Shown here: positions 34,158 to 40,097 of the stretch, in pieces
How positions within the stretch are numbered: the stretch's first letter is position 1
How the letters are laid out: the number at the start of each line of letters is the position of its first letter
Program-made: the position numbers and the translations under genes
Origin: an uncultured Candidatus Poseidoniales archaeon
Lineage (GTDB): Archaea; Thermoplasmatota; Poseidoniia; Poseidoniales; Thalassarchaeaceae
Direction: 5' to 3'
Assembly: GCA_964645485.1 (NCBI GenBank)
Contig: CAZXZO010000020.1
Coordinates: 1-40,097 of the forward strand
Length of the DNA: 40,097 bases
The notes under the pieces: model-generated
Seen by the model: the letters and a program-made list of their open reading frames with translations, nothing else
Told to the model about the DNA's origin: nothing
The model's database searches: none

Positions 34158-35714
34158 TTAAGCAACCCAACGATATGTTCGTGCACCTTCATAGGTTCCT
34201 TCTGATTGAACCTCCACAAGAGCAAACTCACCTTTTGGCTCAACAACTGAAATTTCACGCAGTCCTTTGTGGAGTTCTTCGTAGGTAGATCGGTCAATAG
34301 CAATTCGCCCAGCCATTCTCTCAAACATATTCCAGCGAGATACGATTTCCCGCCATTGTGGTGAAACCTTTCCTTCAAACACCTTTGCTTTGGCTCCTGA
34401 ACCATAACCACACAAGCCAAAATAATCATTTTCTATATTTTCATTATCTTCATAATCTGACTCAAAGGTCGACATTATTGCTAGGAATATAGAACCAGTG
34501 TATTGGTTGCCAATTAGGCTAGAAGCACGTTGAGCCTTCTCAATTCTAGTGTTTTGGAATTCTTGGTAATGACTTGTCTTTGAAATTGCTCTGCGGTACA
34601 AATCTTGGGCTCTATCCCATTCAATCTCTCCTTCAGGTGTATCTTCAAAATCTGCTCTATCAGGTTCCTCACCAATTTCAGCGATGACTTCTTGCCACAT
34701 TGGTTCATTTCGGCGGTCATGACGGAATACATCTGGAAACATTCTCTTTGCCTGGAATGCATAAGGAAGATGCATAATGATTCGAATCCATTGTTCTGTT
34801 AGAATTGCATCGGTTTTAGCATCATATCTTCCACTCTTCACGGCTTTTCGTTGGAAGTCTAAGAAAGCGGTTTTCACAGCTTCTTGGTAACATCGATTGG
34901 AAAATTGTCCATCAAAAACCGGTTCATCTCTGTGGACCTGTACTTTTTCTTCACCGTGAGCAAATATACCAAGTCGCCGTACGGTCGATTCTGGAAGATG
35001 TTTGACCATTCTTTCGGCTACTCCCTCTTTGAGTGTCTCCCCAGTTTCTCGTGCAAGTTGTACCACGTGGGTGATGATAGAGGTAAGGGATACTTCGCGG
35101 CGTGGCTTGAAGAAATCGTGTACGGGGGTTGTTGAGATACCCCATGTATCTGGAATCGAAATAAGACGAGGATTGTGACGCACAAGAATAGCGCCTCCAC
35201 CTGCACCTTGGGTGTACTCACCACTTGATTCAAGGTCATACTTGGCGTTGTCAGAGAATACAACGACTCCAACTCTACCACCTTCCTCACCACCTCTAGC
35301 GACCCAGTCTAGGGTGTTGTGCAATGCGTCAACCGCGCCGATGCAAGCGAATGTCATGTCAACAACGTCACAGTTTCGGAAGCAGTCTTCGCCATATTGT
35401 TTTGAATAGCGTTGAGTAAGCATGTCAAGAATGTAAGTAGCGGTTGGTTTTGCACCGTCTAGAGCAGATTCCGTTCCAAGATACATTCTGCCGATTTTGT
35501 TAGGGTCTAATCCATTGCGGTCTATCAGCCGGGTGACAGCATTTGCACCCATGGTTGCAGTATCTTCATGGATGTCTGGAACAGACATCGCTGAGAGACC
35601 TAATCCTCGATTCAGTTTACCATAGTCTGCGCCTCTCATCTCCGCAAAATCCTTCATATCGAAGTAAATTTTTGGGAAATGGATTGCGATGTCATCTATT
35701 CCGACTTCAACCAT
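34158..35714 (-). CDS. mvaS: Hydroxymethylglutaryl-CoA synthase (bacterial MvaS-like type)
   Basis: GTESALD (catalytic Glu), FACIGA (catalytic Cys), GEYTQGAGG, HLPY (catalytic His), GNQYTGS and GYGSG. Likely start ATG 35714. Confidence 0.9.
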   Translation of the reverse strand: MVEVGIDDIAIHFPKIYFDMKDFAEMRGADYGKLNRGLGLSAMSVPDIHEDTATMGANAVTRLIDRNGLDPNKIGRMYLGTESALDGAKPTATYILDMLTQRYSKQYGEDCFRNCDVVDMTFACIGAVDALHNTLDWVARGGEEGGRVGVVVFSDNAKYDLESSGEYTQGAGGGAILVRHNPRLISIPDTWGISTTPVHDFFKPRREVSLTSIITHVVQLARETGETLKEGVAERMVKHLPESTVRRLGIFAHGEEKVQVHRDEPVFDGQFSNRCYQEAVKTAFLDFQRKAVKSGRYDAKTDAILTEQWIRIIMHLPYAFQAKRMFPDVFRHDRRNEPMWQEVIAEIGEEPDRADFEDTPEGEIEWDRAQDLYRRAISKTSHYQEFQNTRIEKAQRASSLIGNQYTGSIFLAIMSTFESDYEDNENIENDYFGLCGYGSGAKAKVFEGKVSPQWREIVSRWNMFERMAGRIAIDRSTYEELHKGLREISVVEPKGEFALVEVQSEGTYEGARTYRWVA

Positions 35715-35824
35715 GTTAACCACTAATCCAATTCCGCTCGCACTTTGCATTAGAACCCTCCTCCGTCCGGAATAACCATGGTGGCCTAATTGCTAGTAAA
35801 TTTGACATTCGAGAGGCTATTTAC

Positions 35825-36937
35825 TCAAGGTCCTGTGATAGAATTGATTTCATCGAGAAGTTCAGGTTTATTGTCAAAATGAGTTGCCAAAGGTGCCAAA
35901 GTTTCTGATAAAGCATCAGCGACACCAAATTTGAAGTCGAGAGGGTGAATTTCTCCACTCGAGATTGCAGATTTCAAGGAGTCCAAATTATCCCAAGTAC
36001 TAGGCTCTCCGTACTCTGGTTTAGGGGTAATTGTAAGGGCTCCTAACTCTGGCAGAATTATGTGCTCAACTAATTCGTATGTTGGGGAATTATCGTCTTG
36101 TGGGTCAAGGTATGCTTTGCGCATCTTTTTACGCATTTTTTTGGCGTTATCATGTAGTAAAATTGCTCCAGACGGATCTGATTTGCTCATCTTGTGGTCA
36201 AAAGATTCCATTCTTGCACCAGAGGCTTTGAGTCCCGAAAGAATTGGAGTGTGGACACAGGTTGCTTTGAGCCAATTATGGCGGTCTGCAACCTGTCGCA
36301 TGTACATGTGTGCTTTGCGTTGGTCCATTCCTCCTATCGCGATGTCAATTTGTAACTCAAAAATGTCGGCTGCTTGCATTGCTGGATAGAAGAATTTTGA
36401 CAAGTCGCCATCGGATGAATCCTCGGCTCTTCCCATAATGCTGAAGGTGCGGCGTACGCGGTCTAAACTCATGTTTTTAGAACATTTTAGAACTCTAGCC
36501 CAATAATCGCCGGAGTCCATTAGTTCACTCGCGTAAAGGAATCGAAGTTGGCCTGCTCCCTCACCTTCTTCTGGGTGCCCAAGGAGGGCTCTAAACACCT
36601 CTTCCATGTAGCGGCCAGTGGTCTGGATTTTGTCCATATCGCCGCCAAATTTGTCATTCACCCAGGCGTGCCAATCGGCGAGGAAAATTAGCACATTGAC
36701 ATCAGCGTCGAGTAAGCGTTTGAGAGTTTGTGAAATTACCTTCCAGCCAATATGCGCTTTCCCTGATGGCTCAAAGCCGACATAGGCACGGAGTATTCCA
36801 TCACTTGCGTGTGAAGTGGAATTACTTAGGCAATTTACTAGATGATTTACACCAACTACCTCATCAGCATCGGTGAACATGGCTAAGACCTTCTCTTTGT
36901 GCTTTGATGAAAGCGGAGAGAGGTCTTCATCTTCCAT
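35825..36937 (-). CDS. tyrS: Tyrosine--tRNA ligase (archaeal type)
   Basis: YVGFEPSGKAHIGW, LADWHA, YPAMQAAD, GGMDQRK, KMSKS and HPLDFK. Confidence 0.95.
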   Translation of the reverse strand: MEDEDLSPLSSKHKEKVLAMFTDADEVVGVNHLVNCLSNSTSHASDGILRAYVGFEPSGKAHIGWKVISQTLKRLLDADVNVLIFLADWHAWVNDKFGGDMDKIQTTGRYMEEVFRALLGHPEEGEGAGQLRFLYASELMDSGDYWARVLKCSKNMSLDRVRRTFSIMGRAEDSSDGDLSKFFYPAMQAADIFELQIDIAIGGMDQRKAHMYMRQVADRHNWLKATCVHTPILSGLKASGARMESFDHKMSKSDPSGAILLHDNAKKMRKKMRKAYLDPQDDNSPTYELVEHIILPELGALTITPKPEYGEPSTWDNLDSLKSAISSGEIHPLDFKFGVADALSETLAPLATHFDNKPELLDEINSITGP

Positions 36938-36943
36938 GTTTTC

Positions 36944-37027
36944 ACCCTCAGAACATTTTGCCCAGTTTTTGACCCTCAGAACATTTTGCCCAGTTTTTGA
37001 CCCTCAGAACATTTTACCCAGTTTTTC
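36944..37027. repeat. 28-bp tandem repeat, three copies, spanning the end of the upstream gene and the tyrS leader
   Basis: ACCCTCAGAACATTTTGCCCAGTTTTTG at 36944 and 36972, with a near-identical copy at 37000 (ACCCTCAGAACATTTTACCCAGTTTTTC). Confidence 0.95.
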
Positions 37028-37528
37028 ACCACGGCTTGCTGCTCGGGTGAAGTCTCCCCGGTCGATGCATTCCTGAATTTCAGTGATTAATTCTTCAGCG
37101 AGAGCTAATTTCTCTTCACTTACATCTGACATTTTCATGAAATGCCGGGCTTGGGAGACTGCAGATTTTGCCTTTGATGCTTTCTTTGCAGATTCTTTTG
37201 CTTTGTCTCCGCGTTGTTTTGGTGAATATCCTGTTGCAGAATCAAGGAACTCCGACCATCTTCGGCGTGAATCCATTGCTTTCTCTCTCCCGCCCTCGGC
37301 TTCAAGGAATTCTTGTAAATCGCTACCTTTCATTTGTTCAACATCGGTAACTAACTTGCCTTTGTCATTATAATTAGCAGTGACTTTTAACAAGATTCCA
37401 AAACTTCCTTCAAATGCGTCATCACCAGATGCTTGCACATTGTCAAAGTAATTACGTGCAAGAGCCCCCAGTCCTCCGTTTCCTAATACATCCTTAACTA
37501 TCCCGCGCTTAACCTCAAAGGTCTCCAT
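37004..37528 (-). CDS. Conserved archaeal hypothetical protein, DUF5611-like, with a helical C-terminal extension
   Basis: M-x2-F-x-VKRG start, YFDNV...SFGIL and WSEFLDSATGYSPKQR resemble DUF5611 as I recall it. Likely start ATG 37528. Confidence 0.6.
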   Translation of the reverse strand: METFEVKRGIVKDVLGNGGLGALARNYFDNVQASGDDAFEGSFGILLKVTANYNDKGKLVTDVEQMKGSDLQEFLEAEGGREKAMDSRRRWSEFLDSATGYSPKQRGDKAKESAKKASKAKSAVSQARHFMKMSDVSEEKLALAEELITEIQECIDRGDFTRAASRGEKLGKMF

Positions 37529-37627
37529 GTACGGGCCCGAGAGCCTCATGTTGTTCAAACTTATTCACTCAAACACCCTTGTTCATCATCCGTGAAGGAT
37601 AAATCACCGGTGCGGGTGGGGTTGTTC

Positions 37628-38890
37628 ATGCGGCGGGTCACCATACCTCTAGTATTGCTCCTCTTAGTCTTTCCAACTGCATTGGCTCAGGAGAGTACCT
37701 CGGTGGTAACAGTGACCACGGAACTGTTCATTGGTGAAGCAGATATGGGGATAGAAGCGCTCGCGGTTTCGCCATCAGGAGATGACGTCCTTTTAGTTGG
37801 AACATTGGGGTATTCTCATTTTATTTCAGCAGGGGAACCGTTTGAACAGGTTCAACTTCACTCAAATGATCAAGATGACCTAAATGATGTTGATTGGCAT
37901 CCCCAAGGACTGAGCGCCTTAATTGCTGGGGATGATGGAACACTCTTACGATACTCAAGAGATGACCACTCGGTTACTCATGTACCTGGTTCAACAGCCA
38001 ATTTGATGGCTCAAACTCTCAATGCTGTAACTTGGGATTCATCCGGTAATTGGGCTTACGTCGGGGCAGATAGTGGCGTTATCACAAGATTTAGAGAAGA
38101 TGCAAACGGTAATTCAGAATATTTCCCCTTGAATAACAGCAAGAATTCACCGATTCTAGACATCAGTTGTCTGCACAAGATGCATGCAATGTGTTTGGTA
38201 GCGACTGAATCGAATGGCTTGGCTGTCATTGACCAACAGCATGACCTTCACTGGCTTTCAGGAAGTGAAGGAACAAGATGGTTTTCTGTAGAATGCCCTC
38301 ACATTGAGAGAGACCGATGTTTTGGAGTTGGCCAAGGACATTCAGTTGGTGTAGTCGAACTTGATTTGAACAATCCTACTGAATCATTTGTGTCAGTAAA
38401 AAATGTTGAAATTTCCGGTGAATTTACAGGGATACATGTTCGTGACAATAATCACTTACTTTTGCAAACTGCACCCTTCGGGTGGGTTGATTGGGATATC
38501 AAAGGTGGGACTGATGAATTGGGCCTAGCCTATCCATGGCTGGAAAATTCAGATGCCTCAGCGGATGATGCAACACTTGGTGGAGAGATACTAGTGGGTG
38601 GCTGGTCTATCAATTCCGACGAAGGATATGCTATCACTTCTTACGGTCGTGTGGTGTATTATTATCCTCCGCAAAATACAATTTCAGAAAATCTAGCGGC
38701 ATCCCTTGCTCCGATGCTTGTTATTATCGCAGTGCCTGGTGTTGTTCTAGGATTGATTTACATGAGTTCGCCTGCTTTACAGAAAAGATACATGGCTTGG
38801 TCAAATGGTCGTTTGGCTGCAAAGAGAGAGGCGGCAAAAGTAGGGAAAGGCAAATCACAAGGTAAAGGCCGAAGGGGTGCTAAAAAGTGA
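37628..38890 (+). CDS. Secreted WD40/YncE-like beta-propeller protein with a C-terminal membrane anchor
   Basis: Signal peptide MRRVTIPLVLLLLVFPTALA and blade repeats (LNDVDWHPQG, LNAVTWDSSG, ILDISC). C-terminal TM helix followed by a Lys/Arg-rich tail. Confidence 0.75.
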   Translation: MRRVTIPLVLLLLVFPTALAQESTSVVTVTTELFIGEADMGIEALAVSPSGDDVLLVGTLGYSHFISAGEPFEQVQLHSNDQDDLNDVDWHPQGLSALIAGDDGTLLRYSRDDHSVTHVPGSTANLMAQTLNAVTWDSSGNWAYVGADSGVITRFREDANGNSEYFPLNNSKNSPILDISCLHKMHAMCLVATESNGLAVIDQQHDLHWLSGSEGTRWFSVECPHIERDRCFGVGQGHSVGVVELDLNNPTESFVSVKNVEISGEFTGIHVRDNNHLLLQTAPFGWVDWDIKGGTDELGLAYPWLENSDASADDATLGGEILVGGWSINSDEGYAITSYGRVVYYYPPQNTISENLAASLAPMLVIIAVPGVVLGLIYMSSPALQKRYMAWSNGRLAAKREAAKVGKGKSQGKGRRGAKK

Positions 38891-38955
38891 ATCATAAGAC
38901 ACAATCGGAGCATTGATGAGCCGTTGCAGGCCGCAGTTAATCCAAGGTGACAGAG

Positions 38956-40097
38956 ATGGTTTACGAAGCACTTGATTTCTATGACCTAGATTCACAACTT
39001 AGTGAAGAGGAAATAATGGTCCGCGACATGGTTCGAGACTGGGTTGATGATGAAGTAATTCCGAAAATCGAAAAGGCTTGCAGTGAGGGTGTTTTTCCAG
39101 ACGAATGGCGCGTAGCACTTGGTGAAATGGGTGTTCTTGGTGCGCCACTAGAAGGATATGGATGCCCGGGTCTTTCCTATGTGGCTTATGGCGTCATTTG
39201 CCGTGAACTAGAACGGGGTGACTCTGGGCTCCGCTCGTTTGCAAGTGTGCAAGGTTCTCTAGCAATGTATCCAATTTGGGACTTTGGTAGTGAAGAACAG
39301 AAAAACAAATATTTGCCGAAAATGGCATCTGGTGATTTAATCGGATGTTTCGGTTTGACTGAGCCAGATTATGGCTCTAATCCAGGTGACATGATTACTA
39401 GGGCTGAGGACAAAGGCGACCATTACTTGTTGAATGGTGCAAAAATGTGGATTACCAATGGTACGATTTCTGACTTGGCAGTTGTTTGGGCAAAATTGGA
39501 TGGAGTCATTCGTGGTTTTATTGTTGAAACCGGTGATGACGGATATTCTGCTCCTGAAATGACAGGGAAGCACTCGCTGAAGGCTAGTGTGACAAGTGAA
39601 TTAGTGTTTCAAGATTGCAAGATTCCAAAAGACAGGATTTTGCCGGGTGTGAAGGGACTTAAGGGGCCTTTCTCTTGTTTGAACAATGCTCGATACGGGA
39701 TTTCGTGGGGCGCGATTGGGGCGGCTCAAGCGTGTTTTAGTTCAGCAAAGGAATATTCGCTTTCGCGTATTCAATTTGACCACCCAATCGCTTCTTACCA
39801 ACTTGTGCAGAACAAGTTGGCTTGGATGCTGAGAGAGATTACCAAGGGGCAATTACTAGCGCTTGAATTAGGTCGCAAGAAGGATACTGGCTCATGGATT
39901 CCTGAACATATTTCACTTGCGAAGATGAACAATGTTGACATCGCTCTTGAAATCGCTAGAGAGGCTAGAGATATTCATGGTGCGAATGGAATTTTAGATG
40001 AGTATTGCATCATGCGTCACATGGCAAATTTGGAATCAGTCAAGACCTATGAAGGTACACATGATATTCACAATTTAATTTTAGGTCGCCATATCAC
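38956..40097 (+). CDS. Acyl-CoA dehydrogenase, glutaryl-CoA dehydrogenase-like (runs off the right edge; absent from the ORF track)
   Basis: My translation from ATG 38956 (AGGTGA SD upstream) gives MVYEALDFYDLDSQLSEEE...RELERGDSGLRSFASVQGSL...GCFGLTEPDYGSNP...NGAKMWITN...HMANLESVKTYEGTHDIH. Confidence 0.9.
   Translation, partial: MVYEALDFYDLDSQLSEEEIMVRDMVRDWVDDEVIPKIEKACSEGVFPDEWRVALGEMGVLGAPLEGYGCPGLSYVAYGVICRELERGDSGLRSFASVQGSLAMYPIWDFGSEEQKNKYLPKMASGDLIGCFGLTEPDYGSNPGDMITRAEDKGDHYLLNGAKMWITNGTISDLAVVWAKLDGVIRGFIVETGDDGYSAPEMTGKHSLKASVTSELVFQDCKIPKDRILPGVKGLKGPFSCLNNARYGISWGAIGAAQACFSSAKEYSLSRIQFDHPIASYQLVQNKLAWMLREITKGQLLALELGRKKDTGSWIPEHISLAKMNNVDIALEIAREARDIHGANGILDEYCIMRHMANLESVKTYEGTHDIHNLILGRHI

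Overview
This is chromosomal DNA from an archaeon, most likely a marine Thermoplasmatota of the Marine Group II (Poseidoniales) or MG-III type. That placement is an inference from the archaeal DP1, Nob1, TyrRS and pilin motifs sitting beside bacterial-type metabolic genes. Housekeeping genes flank the window: tRNA-Glu, a YqaA-type protein, nob1, tatA and a MoaD/SAMP protein on the left; a HAD phosphatase, DP1, CinA/PncC, tRNA-Val, a Pcm-like protein, a ParB/SerK-like protein, CCA enzyme, two acyl-CoA dehydrogenases, an H-protein-like gene, HMG-CoA synthase, tyrS, a DUF5611-like gene and a beta-propeller on the right. Between them lies a co-oriented block of about 23 kb (2012-25208). It encodes a LolD/MacB-type ABC ATPase, an oversized two-module FtsX permease (1584 aa), a 1065-aa membrane-anchored surface protein and a 4640-aa giant surface protein. 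The standout observation is the giant protein's C-terminus. After its membrane anchor and a short acidic loop it continues in frame into what looks like a complete archaeal type IV pilin, with a class III signal peptide (DDDRA|VSPVIATILLVAITVVLAGVIYVW) and an internal Shine-Dalgarno-like sequence and ATG just upstream. This suggests an adhesin-prepilin polyprotein, an internally initiated pilin, or both. The giant protein also contains an intact amicyanin-like type-1 copper site, a 26%-Tyr insert and a WapA/DNRLRE-like N-terminal module. It is followed by a GC-rich multi-hairpin element and a ~68-bp tandem repeat. Other oddities include a bacterial-type class II CCA enzyme, an H-protein homologue lacking the lipoyl-lysine, and a 28-bp triplication directly upstream of tyrS. 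No CRISPR array, transposase, integrase or phage gene was recognised. All family assignments come from motif recognition by eye; no database search was run.
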